From: Myxococcota bacterium
GTDB taxonomy: Bacteria; Myxococcota_A; Polyangia; Polyangiales; Sandaracinaceae
Assembly (NCBI GenBank): GCA_036149055.1
Contig: JAYZQJ010000137.1
Location: 1-64,000, forward strand
Length of the DNA: 64,000 nucleotides
Direction: 5' to 3'
Shown: positions 39,395 to 50,300 of the stretch, piece after piece
Layout of the letters: each line of letters starts with the position of its first letter
Numbering within the stretch: position 1 is the first letter of the stretch
Position numbers and translations under genes: made by a program
Notes under the pieces: model-generated
Seen by the model: the letters and a program-made list of their open reading frames with translations, nothing else
Database searches by the model: none
Told to the model about the DNA's origin: nothing

Positions 39395-40485
39395 CCGAAG
39401 GGGAGGGTGACGTGAAAGGCGCTGCCGCGCCCCTCTTCGCTCTCGACCCAGATGCGCCCGCCGTGGGCCTCGACGATGTTGCGCACGATGGCCAGGCCGA
39501 GGCCGGTGCTCCGCTCTCCGCCGGTGGGGCGGGCGCCGGTCCGCTCGAACGGGCGGAAGACCTTCGGCAGGTCCCGCGCCGGCATGCCGACGCCCTGGTC
39601 CGACACCGTCAGGCGCGCGTGCTCGCCGTCGCGTGACAGTGAGACGTGCACGGTGGACTCCGGGTGGCTGAACTTGACGGCGTTGCTGAGGAGGTTGTCG
39701 AGCACCTGCCGGACCTTGTGCCGGTCGAGGGAGATCGACGGCAGCTCGGCCTCGACCTCGGTCTCGAAGCCGATCTGCTTCTCGCGCGCGACCACCGCGT
39801 TGAGCCGCACGCCCTCGCGCACGAGCGCGCCCAGATCCGTCTCCGCGCGCTCCAGCTCCATGGCGCCCGCCTGGATGCGGCCGAGGTCGAGGAGATCCTC
39901 GACCAGACCGACCATGTAGCTGGCGGTCTTGCGCATCGTCTGCACGATCTCTTCCTGCTCGCCCTCGAGCTCGCCGGTCACGCCGCTGAGCAGGAAGTCG
40001 GCGTAGCCGCGCATGACGCCGAGCGGGTTGCGGAGGTCGTGCGCCACCACCGCCATCAGGTGGTCCTTCTGCCGGTTGAGCCGGTCCAGCTCGTTCCGCG
40101 TGCGGTGCCGCTCGATCGCGTAGTGGATCGCGCGCCGCAGGGTGGACGAGGTCATCTCGTGCTTCGGCAGGTAGTCCTCGGCCCCGCGCGCCAGCGCCCG
40201 GAGGGCGAGCTCTTCGCCGTGCTCGCTGGTGAGGACCACCACCGGGATCGCACGGTGCGCGGCGACGATCTGCTCGAGCCCGGAGAGGGCGCTCGCGTCG
40301 GGGAGCTCGAGATCGAGCAGGACCGCGTCGGGGGCGGCCTCCTCGAGGAGCGCGAGCGCCGCGCGGAGGGTGGGGCGGTGATGGACGACGAAGCCCGCCT
40401 CCTCGAGCTGGATCGTGACGGCCGCGGCCTGCGTCGCGCTGTCCTCGACGAGGAGGATCTCCCCCAGCTCCTGTCCCTCCGTCAT
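39391..40485 (-). CDS. Receiver-domain + histidine kinase hybrid
   Basis: REC 'ILLVEDS...LLDLELPD...DYLPK'; 'AHDLRNPL', 'NLLSNAVKF', 'DQGVG', 'GLGLAI'. Confidence 0.95.
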   Translation of the reverse strand: MTEGQELGEILLVEDSATQAAAVTIQLEEAGFVVHHRPTLRAALALLEEAAPDAVLLDLELPDASALSGLEQIVAAHRAIPVVVLTSEHGEELALRALARGAEDYLPKHEMTSSTLRRAIHYAIERHRTRNELDRLNRQKDHLMAVVAHDLRNPLGVMRGYADFLLSGVTGELEGEQEEIVQTMRKTASYMVGLVEDLLDLGRIQAGAMELERAETDLGALVREGVRLNAVVAREKQIGFETEVEAELPSISLDRHKVRQVLDNLLSNAVKFSHPESTVHVSLSRDGEHARLTVSDQGVGMPARDLPKVFRPFERTGARPTGGERSTGLGLAIVRNIVEAHGGRIWVESEEGRGSAFHVTLPFG

Positions 40486-41486
40486 TCCACGCAGCTACGA
40501 ACATACGCGCTGATGTCCGGTAAAGGGAGTACCTCGTGCACGATCCCCGCCCGCAGCGCCGCGCCGGGCATCGAGTCGACCACGCTGGTGCGCGAGTCCT
40601 GGGCGACCACGTGTCCGCCGCGCCGATGCAGCTCCGCCAGGCCCTCGACGCCGTCGCGCCCCATCCCGGTCAGGATGACGCCCAGGCCCCGCTCCCCGTA
40701 GGCGCGCGCGACGCTCGCGTAGGTGGCGGACGCGGAGGGCCGGAAGCCGTGGATGGGCGGCTCGGGGCAGAGGCGCACGACCCCGCGGTGCACGGTCAGG
40801 TGGCGGCTCGGCGGGGCGAGGTGCACGTGGCCGGGGGTCAGGGCGTCCCCGTCCCGCGCGAGGCGGACCCGCAGCGGCACGCTCGCGTCGAGCCAGGTCG
40901 CGAAGCCCTCGGCGAAGTCCCGGCCGATGTGCTGGACCAGCAGGATGGGGACCGGGAAGTCGGGCCCGAGGGCGGCGAGGATGGTGCGCACCGCGCGGGG
41001 GCCGCCGGTGGACGCGGCCATCGCGACGATCGAGGCCGAGCGGTCGGGGGCGCGCCGCTGGCGGCCGACCGGCCGGCCGTTGGGGCGCCGGACCACCCGG
41101 ACCTCGGCCATCGCCTTCACCGTCCGGCCGAAGCGCCGCCACGCCCGCGCGTCGTCCGGGCCCCGCGGTTTCGTCAGCGCGGTCAGCGCGCCGGCCTCGA
41201 GGGCGGCCACGCTCATCTGCACCGCGCGCTCGTCCCGGCCGCTGACGATGACCACCGGCGTCGGCGACTCCGCCATGATGCGACGGGTCGCCTCGTAGCC
41301 GTCGACGTCGGGCATCTCGACGTCCATCACCACGACGTCGGGCTCGATCTCCGCGGTCAGGCGCGCCGCCTCCGCGCCGTCGCCGGCCTCCGCCACCACC
41401 GCCAGGGCTCCGTCCTCTTCCAGCCGCGCCCGGAGCAGCGCGCGGAAGGTGGGCGAGTCGTCGACCACGAGGACGCGTAGCGGCAT
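40482..41486 (-). CDS. cheB: Chemotaxis response regulator methylesterase
   Basis: REC domain plus 'ASTGGP', 'VQHI', 'LTGMGRDG'. Confidence 0.95.
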   Translation of the reverse strand: MPLRVLVVDDSPTFRALLRARLEEDGALAVVAEAGDGAEAARLTAEIEPDVVVMDVEMPDVDGYEATRRIMAESPTPVVIVSGRDERAVQMSVAALEAGALTALTKPRGPDDARAWRRFGRTVKAMAEVRVVRRPNGRPVGRQRRAPDRSASIVAMAASTGGPRAVRTILAALGPDFPVPILLVQHIGRDFAEGFATWLDASVPLRVRLARDGDALTPGHVHLAPPSRHLTVHRGVVRLCPEPPIHGFRPSASATYASVARAYGERGLGVILTGMGRDGVEGLAELHRRGGHVVAQDSRTSVVDSMPGAALRAGIVHEVLPLPDISAYVRSCVE

Positions 41487-41489
41487 GTT

Positions 41490-43550
41490 TCAGTCGAGTG
41501 GATCGGAGAGCAGGGACGCGACCACCTCGAGGAGCTCCGTCTGATCGAAGGCGTTCTTCACCAGATAGGCGTCCGCGCCCGCGTCGAGTCCCTTCCGGCG
41601 ATCTTCTTCCCGCGACAGCGCTGTCAAGAGCACCACGGGCAGCGCGCGGGTGCGCGGGCGGGCGCGGAGCGCGCGGGTCAGCTCGAGGCCGCTCATGCGC
41701 GGCATCTCGACGTCGCTCACCACCAGATCCACCCGCGCGTCGTCGAGCAGCCGGAGGCCGCGCTCGGCGTCCGACGCCGCGAGGACCCGGTAGCCCGCCG
41801 CCTCGAGGATCGTCTTCTCCAGGGCCAGCGTGGTCAGGGAGTCGTCCACCACGAGCAAGGTCGGCGGCTCGGCCGAGAGATCGGTCGCCTCGGGCATCGG
41901 CGCCACCTCGCCGCCTTCGCTCTGCCGCAGGGCCGCCGACACCAGGTCGCCGCCGTGCAGGATGAGCGCGATCTCTCCGTCGGCGAGGATGGTCGCCCCG
42001 GCGAAGCCGCGCACCCGGGGCAGGCGCTCGCCGAGGCTCTCCACCACCACGTCGTCCACCGAGCGCAGCTCGTCGACCGAGAGCGCCACCCGGTCCCGCC
42101 CGGCCTGGACGATGGCGGTGGGGATCAGCTGGTCCTCGGAGAGGCTCGTCGGCATCCCGAGGGTGCGGGCCAGCGGCGTGAACGGCAGCGGCTCGCCCTC
42201 GTGCAGCACCACCGGGCGTCCGTCCACGCGGTGCACGGTGCGCGGGTCGACGCGACGCAGCGTCAGGACGTTCGGGGTCGGCAGCGCGTAGAGCTGGTCG
42301 GCGGCCCGGACGAGCAGGACGCGGACCAGCGTCCGGGTGAGCGGCGACGAGATCAGGAAGGTCGTGCCGACGCCGCGCTCGGTGGTCACGTCGATGGTCC
42401 CGTGCAGGGCCTCGACCTCGGTCTTCACCACGTCGAGCCCGACGCCGCGGCCGGCCAGCGCGTCGACGCGATCGCTGGTGCTGAGGCCCGGGACGAAGAC
42501 GAGGCGCGCGAGCCCCGCCGGGGTGTCGGGCGGCTCGATGCCGTGCTCCCGCGCCCGGGCCGCGAGCGCCTCGAGGTCGAGCCCCCGGCCGTCGTCCGAG
42601 ACGGCGACCTCCACCTCCGAGCCGCGCAGGTGAGCGCTGATCCGGACCCTGCCCGCGCGCGGCTTGCCCGCGTCCTCGCGCACCTTCGGGGGCTCGACGC
42701 CGTGGGCGACCGCGTTCCGCGCGAGGTGCAGGAGCGGGGCGCGGAGCGCGGTGAGGACCGAGCGATCGATCTCGACGTCCGCGCCCTCGAGGATCACCTC
42801 GACCTCGCGCTCGGAGGCGAGCGCCGCGTCTCGCAAGATCCGCTCGACGCCGACGCACGCGTCGCCGAAGGGGGTCAGCCGGAGCTGCCGGACGTCGGCG
42901 TCGGTGTCCCGGGCCACCCGGGTCAGCTCGGTGGCGTCGTCGAGCAGCGCGCCGTGCAGCGCGTCGATCTCGGCGAGGGCCACGTCGTAGGCGCCTCGCT
43001 CCGGCGCCGGGCGGGCGGCTCGCATCCGGCGGAGGCGGGCGGCGAGGGCGGCGACCTCGCGCTCGCGATCGTCGATGCGCAGCGCCGCGCGCGACAGCTC
43101 TCCCGCGCGCACCAGCAGCGCGTCGAGCCGGGCGGCGGGGACCCGGAGGCCGCCGGTGTGCTCGCGCGAGACCGGCTCGCTGTGGCGGCGCCGCGCCTCG
43201 AAGAGCGTCTCCTCGACCGGCTCGTCGGCGCGGAGCCGCCGCGCCACCTCGGCCCAGATGTCGGCGGCCGCGAAGAGCCGCGCGAGCAGCGCGTCGTCCG
43301 GCTCGCCCTCGAGGGCGTCGAGCTCCTCCTCGAGCTCGTGGCAGTAGCGCTCGAGCGCCGGGAGGCTCACCGCGCGCGCGGCGCCCTTCAGGCTGTGCGC
43401 GACCCGGAAGAGGGTGCGCTGCGCGTCCGCCGGCGCGTCTCCGTGCTCGATGCGCAGGAGCAGGTCGTTCCAGGTGGAGACGTGATCCTCGAGCTCCTCG
43501 ACGAAGACCGCCCGGAGGCGTCGGATCAGCCCCTCCTTGTCCACGGTCAC
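41490..43550 (-). CDS. cheA: Hybrid CheA (Hpt, kinase, CheW, REC)
   Basis: '[12 protein letters not shown]', '[12 protein letters not shown]', 'DDGRG', 'GRGVGLDVV', C-terminal 'LVVDDS...[10 protein letters not shown]'. Confidence 0.93.
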   Translation of the reverse strand: MTVDKEGLIRRLRAVFVEELEDHVSTWNDLLLRIEHGDAPADAQRTLFRVAHSLKGAARAVSLPALERYCHELEEELDALEGEPDDALLARLFAAADIWAEVARRLRADEPVEETLFEARRRHSEPVSREHTGGLRVPAARLDALLVRAGELSRAALRIDDREREVAALAARLRRMRAARPAPERGAYDVALAEIDALHGALLDDATELTRVARDTDADVRQLRLTPFGDACVGVERILRDAALASEREVEVILEGADVEIDRSVLTALRAPLLHLARNAVAHGVEPPKVREDAGKPRAGRVRISAHLRGSEVEVAVSDDGRGLDLEALAARAREHGIEPPDTPAGLARLVFVPGLSTSDRVDALAGRGVGLDVVKTEVEALHGTIDVTTERGVGTTFLISSPLTRTLVRVLLVRAADQLYALPTPNVLTLRRVDPRTVHRVDGRPVVLHEGEPLPFTPLARTLGMPTSLSEDQLIPTAIVQAGRDRVALSVDELRSVDDVVVESLGERLPRVRGFAGATILADGEIALILHGGDLVSAALRQSEGGEVAPMPEATDLSAEPPTLLVVDDSLTTLALEKTILEAAGYRVLAASDAERGLRLLDDARVDLVVSDVEMPRMSGLELTRALRARPRTRALPVVLLTALSREEDRRKGLDAGADAYLVKNAFDQTELLEVVASLLSDPLD

Positions 43551-45028
43551 GCCTTCTCCAGCTCCACGTCCTCGAGCAGCTGCGAGAGCCGGCCGCTGAG
43601 GCTCTCGAGCCGCCCCGCCGCCTCCTCGACGTGTTTGATGGAGGAGAGGTTGTCGCGGAGCGCCGAGTCGATGTCCTTCATCGCCTGGCTGATCTGCGCC
43701 ATCCCGGTGGCCTGCTGGTGCGCCGAGGCCGCGATCTGCGAGGCGGCCTCGGCGGCGCGCGCGATGGTCTCGGTGAGGCCGTCGATGGTGCGGCCCGCCT
43801 CGCTCGCCTCGCGCACCGCGGCCCGCATCGTCTTGTCGCCCTGCTCGCCCGCGAGGACGGCGTTGTTGGTGGCCCGCTGGATCTCGCCGAGGATCTCGCG
43901 GACCTGGACGGTGGCCTCCTTGCTGCGCCGGGCGAGCGCCTTCACCTCGGCCGCGACCACGCCGAAGCCGCGGCCGTGCTCGCCGGCGCGCGACGCCTCG
44001 ATCGCGGCGTTGAGCGCGAGGAGGTTGGTCTGCTCGGCGATCTCGTCGACGGTGCCGATGATCTGCCCGATGGTCTGGGCGCGCTCCGCCAGCTCCAGCA
44101 CGTTCTCGGCCACCGACTCGCCGCGCTGCTGCGCGTCCTCGATCGCCTCGACCGCGTCGTGCACCGCGTCCCGCCCCGCCTGGCCGACCTCGTCGACCTC
44201 CCGGGAGCTGTCGGCCACGTCCCGCGCGCGCCCGGCCGCCTGCCGCGCGGTCTGGTCGACCTCCTCCACCGTCACCACGGTCTCGGTCACCGAGGCGGAC
44301 TGCTGCTGCGCGGCCGAGGCCTGCTGGCTGGTGGCCGCGAGCAGCTCGTTCGCGGCCCCCACCGTCTCGGCGACGACGTCCCGCATCGTCTGGAGGAGCC
44401 GCTCGCGCTGCACCGCGCTGGTCCGATCCTGGATGATGCCGATGAAGAAGCGCTCGCCCTCCACGTGCATCTCGGAGACCCGCAGGCTCACCGGGAAGGT
44501 GCCGCCGTCCTTGTGCTTGGCCTCGACCCGGCGCTCCTTGCCGATGATCCGCTTCTCGCCGGTCTCGAGGTAGCGCTTCAGGTAGTCGTCGTGTTTGTCG
44601 CCGTGCTCGCCTCCCGCGATCACCGCGACGTTGCGGCCCATCAGCTCCTCGGCGGTCCAGCCGAAGAGGGTCTCCGCGGTCTCGTTGGCCTCGAGCACCG
44701 TGCCGGACTCGTCGATGGTGAGGATGGCGTCGGAGGTGGTGTCGAGGATCGCGCGGAGCCGCTGGGCGTGGCCGGCGCGGCGCTCCTGGCCGACGAGCGC
44801 GCGCACCCAGTAGAGCGAGAGCCCGCCGAGGGTCACCGCGCCGCTCGCGAAGAGCCACTGCAGCCGCTGCAGCTCCGCCACCCGCGCGGGCGCGAGCCCC
44901 GCCAGCTCGCTCAGCGCGTCGAGGTTGTAGACGAAGAGGCCGAGCGCGGTGGCGACGAGCAGCAGCACCAGCGCGGCGGCGCGGCCGGCGTTCGTCTCGT
45001 ACCAGGGGCGCGGCTCGTCAGGGCTCAT
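43547..45028 (-). CDS. Methyl-accepting chemotaxis protein with two TM helices and a cytoplasmic PAS domain
   Basis: '[34 protein letters not shown]'; PAS '[18 protein letters not shown]...KDGGTFPV'. Confidence 0.95.
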   Translation of the reverse strand: MSPDEPRPWYETNAGRAAALVLLLVATALGLFVYNLDALSELAGLAPARVAELQRLQWLFASGAVTLGGLSLYWVRALVGQERRAGHAQRLRAILDTTSDAILTIDESGTVLEANETAETLFGWTAEELMGRNVAVIAGGEHGDKHDDYLKRYLETGEKRIIGKERRVEAKHKDGGTFPVSLRVSEMHVEGERFFIGIIQDRTSAVQRERLLQTMRDVVAETVGAANELLAATSQQASAAQQQSASVTETVVTVEEVDQTARQAAGRARDVADSSREVDEVGQAGRDAVHDAVEAIEDAQQRGESVAENVLELAERAQTIGQIIGTVDEIAEQTNLLALNAAIEASRAGEHGRGFGVVAAEVKALARRSKEATVQVREILGEIQRATNNAVLAGEQGDKTMRAAVREASEAGRTIDGLTETIARAAEAASQIAASAHQQATGMAQISQAMKDIDSALRDNLSSIKHVEEAAGRLESLSGRLSQLLEDVELEKA

Positions 45029-45590
45029 GTCGATGGTCCACGCGGAGGCGGGGGTCGGCGGCGAGCACGTCCACCCGCAGGCAGAGCTCACCGTCGGGGC
45101 CGAGCCCCTCGAGCCACGCGGGCGCGCCGGGGGGCGGGGGAGCGGGCGCCGCGCCGTCGAGCGGGTCGAGGTCGAGGACGCGCTCCACCACCACGACGAG
45201 CTCCCCGGAGGAGCTGTCGAGGATGACGGCGCGGGCCTCCCGGTCGGTGGTCGAGGTCGTGTGGCCGTCGAGGAGCGGGCCCACGTCCCACAGGGCCGCG
45301 AGCCGCCCGCGCAGGCGGGTGAGGCCGAGGAGATGCATGGGCGTGCCGGGGACGCGCACCGCCGCCCCGAGCGGGTGCACCCCGCCCACGGCCGCCGCGG
45401 GGAGGATCACGGTGGCCCCGCCGACCCGGGCGCTGATGCGCGCCTCCTCCACCGACGCGACCCGGGCGTCGAGGGCGCGCGCGATGGTGCGGGTCCGCGC
45501 GCTCAGGATCTCGTCGTCGGGCGGTCGCCGGGGGACCGTCCAGTCCTCGGCCAGCCGGGCGCGGGCGCGCTCCCAGGGAGAGTCGCTCAC
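45018..45590 (-). CDS. cheW: CheW-like coupling protein
   Basis: '[11 protein letters not shown]', '[16 protein letters not shown]'; located between cheR and the MCP. Confidence 0.75.
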   Translation of the reverse strand: MSDSPWERARARLAEDWTVPRRPPDDEILSARTRTIARALDARVASVEEARISARVGGATVILPAAAVGGVHPLGAAVRVPGTPMHLLGLTRLRGRLAALWDVGPLLDGHTTSTTDREARAVILDSSSGELVVVVERVLDLDPLDGAAPAPPPPGAPAWLEGLGPDGELCLRVDVLAADPRLRVDHRHEP

Positions 45591-46873
45591 GCGGACTCCC
45601 AGCCGGCGAGGGTGTCGACGTGGCGGGCCGCCGCGTCCGCGAGCCGCCCGGCCGTCTCTCCGTCCGAGCACGCGAGCTCCGCGTCGGGCGGCAGCTGCGC
45701 CGCCTCGGCGTGCGCGCGCAGGAAGCCGGCCTTGGCCGCCTCGAGGTCGCCGGCCCGGAACCGCAGCGAGGCGCGGAGGAAGTGCGCGACCGCGAGCCCG
45801 GGCGAGCGCGCCAGCAGCCGGTCGAGCACGTCCTCGGCCTCCCTCGCCCGGTCGAGCGAGACCAGCAGGTTGGCGCGGAGCACGAAGTGCTCGTCGTCCT
45901 GGAGGCCCTGCATCTCGAGCTCGGCCAGCGTGTCGAGCGCGCCGCGCGGATCGAGGTCGGCCAGTCGGCGCACGCCGGTGATCTCGGCCTCGGGCTCGGC
46001 GGGCAAGGCCTTGCGCGGCCCGCGGCGACGGCGGCGCGGCTTCGGGGGCGGCGCGGGGGGCTCGGTGCGGCGCTGATAGACGACGCCCTGCTGGGCCACG
46101 ATGGCCTCCAGGCCGAGCTCGTGGAGCGGGGGATCCGAGGGGCCGGTGAGCAGCCACCCGCCCTCGACCAGGGCGCTCGAGAGCCGGCGCGCCACCGGGC
46201 CGACCGCGTCCAGCGAGAAGTAGATCAGGACGTTCCGGCAGAGCACCACGTCCAGCTCGGAGAGCCCGGGCGGCAGCGCGTGCGGGTCGACGAGGTTGAG
46301 GCGGGCGAAGCGGACCGCGCCCCGGATGCGCGGATCGAGCTCGAGCAGTCCCTCCCGCTCCCGCATCAGCCGCCGCGCGCGCCCCCCCTCGTCGGCGCGG
46401 AGCGACCACTCCCGATAGGTCCCGCGGGCGGCCCTCGCGAGCGCGGCGCCGGACAGGTCGGTGGCCCAGAGCGTGGCGTCCTCGAGCATGCCTCGCTCGT
46501 GCAGCAGGATCGCCAGCGAGTAGATCTCCTCCCCGCTCGCGCACCCCGCGCTCCAGGCGCGCAGCCCCGGGCCGCCGGCCGCCCGCCGGGCCTCGACCGT
46601 CGGCAGGATCTGGTCGGCGATGAGCGCGTAGTGCCAGGCGTCGCGGAAGAAGTACGTCTCGCCCACCGTCAGGCGCTCGGCGAGGTCGTCGAAGAGGACC
46701 GGCTCGTGCTCGAGGCGGAGGGCGAAGGCGGTCACGTCCTCGGCGCCGGCGTCGCGGGAGGCCGCCTCGATCGCCTCGCGCACGCGGCCGGGGCCCATCC
46801 GCGCCAGGTCCAGTCCCGTGCGCGCGGCGAACCATCGCTCGACCTCCCCCGTCGGCCCGTCCACGAACGGCAC
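45587..46873 (-). CDS. cheR: CheR methyltransferase with C-terminal TPR (WspC/FrzF-like)
   Basis: 'LTVGETYFFRD', 'AWSAGCASGEEIYS', 'VLCRNVLIYF'; TPR-like tail. Confidence 0.93.
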   Translation of the reverse strand: MPFVDGPTGEVERWFAARTGLDLARMGPGRVREAIEAASRDAGAEDVTAFALRLEHEPVLFDDLAERLTVGETYFFRDAWHYALIADQILPTVEARRAAGGPGLRAWSAGCASGEEIYSLAILLHERGMLEDATLWATDLSGAALARAARGTYREWSLRADEGGRARRLMREREGLLELDPRIRGAVRFARLNLVDPHALPPGLSELDVVLCRNVLIYFSLDAVGPVARRLSSALVEGGWLLTGPSDPPLHELGLEAIVAQQGVVYQRRTEPPAPPPKPRRRRRGPRKALPAEPEAEITGVRRLADLDPRGALDTLAELEMQGLQDDEHFVLRANLLVSLDRAREAEDVLDRLLARSPGLAVAHFLRASLRFRAGDLEAAKAGFLRAHAEAAQLPPDAELACSDGETAGRLADAAARHVDTLAGWESA

Positions 46874-46917
46874 GATACCGCAGCTACGCCCCGAGCGTGG
46901 AGGCGCTATCCTGGGGT

Positions 46918-47358
46918 ATGCGCGAGGCGCTGATCGACGTCCTGCTCCTCGAAGTGGAGGGCCGCCGGATCGGGCTGCCCGCGTCGCTCGTGCTCGAGGT
47001 GCTGCCCAGCGCCGCGGTGGAGACCCTCGACGGCGCGCCGGACCTCGTGGAGGGCGTCTTGAACGTGCGGGGGCAGCTCCTGCCCGTCGTCTCGATGCGC
47101 CGCCGGCTCGGGGCGCCCGATCGACCGCCCCGGGTCGACGACCACCTCGTGCGGGTCGAGACGGGCGGGCGCGAGCTGCTGCTGCGGGTGGACCGAGCGC
47201 TCGACCTCATCGGCGTCGACCCGTGGCGCCTGCAGGAGCTCGACGCCGGCCAGGGCGCGGTCGCGACGCCGGAGGGCACGCTGGTCGTCCAGGACGCGGA
47301 GCGCTTCCTCAGCACGGACGGCCTCGACCAGCTCCGCGAAGCCCTCGAGGCACGCTGA
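46918..47358 (+). CDS. cheW: CheW-like protein, divergent from the che operon
   Basis: 'GLPASLVLEVLP', 'GAPDLVEGVLNVRGQLLPVVSMRRRLG', 'LLRVD'. Confidence 0.88.
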   Translation: MREALIDVLLLEVEGRRIGLPASLVLEVLPSAAVETLDGAPDLVEGVLNVRGQLLPVVSMRRRLGAPDRPPRVDDHLVRVETGGRELLLRVDRALDLIGVDPWRLQELDAGQGAVATPEGTLVVQDAERFLSTDGLDQLREALEAR

Positions 47359-47391
47359 CGTCATTCGCAAGTCGTGCTACGGTGTCCGGCC

Positions 47392-50300
47392 ATGTCCAGG
47401 CTGGCTGCGAGGCGCCGAGCCCCGAGCGCGGGCGTCGGCGCGGAGGTCTCGCTCGACGAGGTGCGCGCGCTCTACCACGCGGGTCGGTACGCGGAGGCGC
47501 TCGAGGCCGTGGGCGGCCCGGGGGCGCTCCGCGCGCTCGACGACCCGGCCGGGCGGGTGCTGGCGGGGCGGCTCGCGGCCCGGCTCGGGGCGCCCCGGCT
47601 GGCCCAGGCGCTGTTCTTCCGAGCCCACCGCGACGAGCCCACCGATCCGGAGGCGGCGCATCTCTGGGGGCTGACGCTCCTGGCTCGCCGGGGTCCTTGG
47701 CACACCCTCCGGTGGCTGCGACGGCTCGACGCCACGTCGCCGCTCCTGCGCGGCCTCGAGGGGCGCTGTCTCGCCGCGCTGCGCGACTTCGAGCGCGCCG
47801 CCCCCCTCCTCGAGGGCGCCGTCCGCGAGCGGCCCGACGAGCCCTGGCTCGAGGTCGAGCGGATCATGGCCCTGCTCGAGGGGCGCGACCGTCCGGAGGA
47901 GGCGCGGATCGCGCTCGAGGGCTTGCTGACCCGCGCGCCCGGGTACCGGCCGGCGCTCCACGCGCTCGCGCAGGTGATGTCGGGTCTCGGGGAGCCGGAG
48001 CGCGCCCTCGCGGTGCTCGACGGCGGGGACTCGCTCGGGTTCGAGCTGCTCTCGCATCGGGCCGAGCTCGCCTTCAACGTCGGTCGCTTCGAGAAGACGG
48101 AGGCGGACCTCGTCGCGGCGATCGACGCGGCCTCGCTGCTGGAGCCGCAGGTGCGGAGCAGCCTCGCGCTGCGGGCCGCGGAGGCCGCCTACCTCCAGCG
48201 CGCCTACCGCCGGGCGGCGGGCTGGGCGCGGCAGGGGGACTCGTCGCGGAAGGGCGGCGCGGCGCCCTTCGCGCGGCGCTTCGCGGCCGCGCTCGACGGG
48301 CTGGAGGACGGCGCCGCGCTCCCGCGCCGGTGCCTGGACGCCGTGCCTCACGTCCGGCAGCACCACGAGACCTGCGTGCCGGCGAGCCTCGCCGCCGTCT
48401 CCGCCTTCCACGGCGCGCCGGTCGACCAGCGCGCGATCGCCGACGAGATCACCTTCGCCGGCACCACCCACGCGGCGCAGCGCGCCTGGGCGGAGCGTGG
48501 CGGGTGGGCCGTCCGCGAGCTCGACGTCACGCTCGACGCCGCGCGCGCGCTGATCGACGCCGGGCTGCCCATCGTCCTGTCCACCCGCGCCGCGCTGTCC
48601 GGGCACGCCCAGGTGGTGATCGGCTACGACCTCGCGCGCGAGGCGCTGCTCGTCCGCGACCCCGCCTGCCCGGCGCTCCAGGAGATCTCGCGCGAGCTCC
48701 TCGAGTCCCAGCGATGGTGGGGCCCGCGCGGCATGGTGCTCGCGCCCGCGGACCGGGCCGCCGAGCTCGCCGCGCTCGAGCTCCCCGGGGCCGACGCGTG
48801 GGAGCTGCGTCACCGGCTCGAGCGGGCGCTCGACGCCCACGACCGCGAGGACGCGGTGGCCGCGCTGGCGGCGCTCGAGGGCGGCGACCCGCGCCATGTG
48901 GCGTCGGCCCGGCTCGAGCTGGCCCGCTACGACGACGACACCGACGCCGCGCTCGAGGCGCTGCAGGCGCTCCTCGCGCTCCACCCGGACTGCCAGAGCT
49001 TGATCCTGGAGTACGGGGAGCGCGCGCGGCCGCGGCGACCCCGGGACGAGAGCCTGCGCTACTGGCGTGAGCACCTGGAGGGCGCCGACCCGGTCCTCCT
49101 GGAGTCCCTCGCCGAGGAGCTGCGCTTCGACCCCGGCGCGCGCGCGGAGGCGGCGCGGCTCCTTCACCGGGTGCTCCGGCTGCGGCCGAGCAGCGGCATG
49201 GCGCACCACGTGCTCGCCGACCTCGAGGTCGCCCAGGCCGGAGACCTCGAGACCGCGGTGGAGCAGTTTCGCTTCGCCGTCTGCAACAGCACCGCGGACG
49301 AGCACTTCGCCGAGGCCTACTTCCACCACGCGAGGCTGCTCGGCGTCGACGCGGAGGCGCTGGCGCTCCTGGAGCGGCGGGTCGAAGAGGCCGGGCACCG
49401 GAGCATCGGCCCGGCGCGCACCTTGGTGGCGGCCTACACCGACCAGGGCCGCCCCGAGCGCGGCGTGGCGCTGCTCGAGTCCCTCGCGGAGCTCCGCCCC
49501 GACGACGGGCACCTGGCCATCGCGGTCGCGGAGGCGGCGCTCGACGCGGGGGACGAGGAGGCCGCGGAGCGCTGGCTGGCGCGGGCGGCGGAGCGTCGCC
49601 ACCCGCCCGGCGCGCTGGACCGGGCCCGGACCCGCCTGCGACGGGCGCGCGGCGCGGTCGAGGAGGCGCTCGAGGCGTCGGCGCGCGCCCTCGCCGCGCG
49701 CCCCGCCGACGTGAGCGCGATGGCCGCCCACGCCGCGATCCTGGCGGAGGCCCGGGGCGACGGCGCGGCGCTCGAGTTCCTCGCGGCGCGACACGAGGCG
49801 GAGCCGGACCTGCGCGGGCTGGTGCCCGAGCTCTGCATCTGGCTCCGCGACCGGGACGACGAGCGCGCGCTGCGGCTGCTCGACGCGCAGCTCGAGGAGA
49901 ACCCGCACGACGTGTGGTCGCATCGGGAGCGCTCGCTCTCGCTGTCGCGCCTGGGGCGCTCGGAGGAGGCGCTCGCGCGGGCGACGGAGACCACGGAGCG
50001 CTTCCCCGAGGACGCGAGCGCGTGGTCGATCCTGGGCGGGCTGCTCGAGCGGGCGGGCGACCACGCGCGGGCGCGCACGGCGCTGCGGCGCGCGATCGAG
50101 CTCGACGTCGACGAGGCGCAGGCGATCGCCTCCCTCGCGCGCCTCGGCAGCGACCCGGCCACCCAGCGCGAGGACGCGCGCTTCGTGCTCGCGCGCCTCC
50201 GCGAGCGGGTCAGCCGGGGCGCGGGGCTGGTGGAGGGCGCGTTCGTGGCCCGGGTCCTGGAGCCGCTCGAGCGCCGCGAGCGCCTGGCCGAGCTGCTCGA

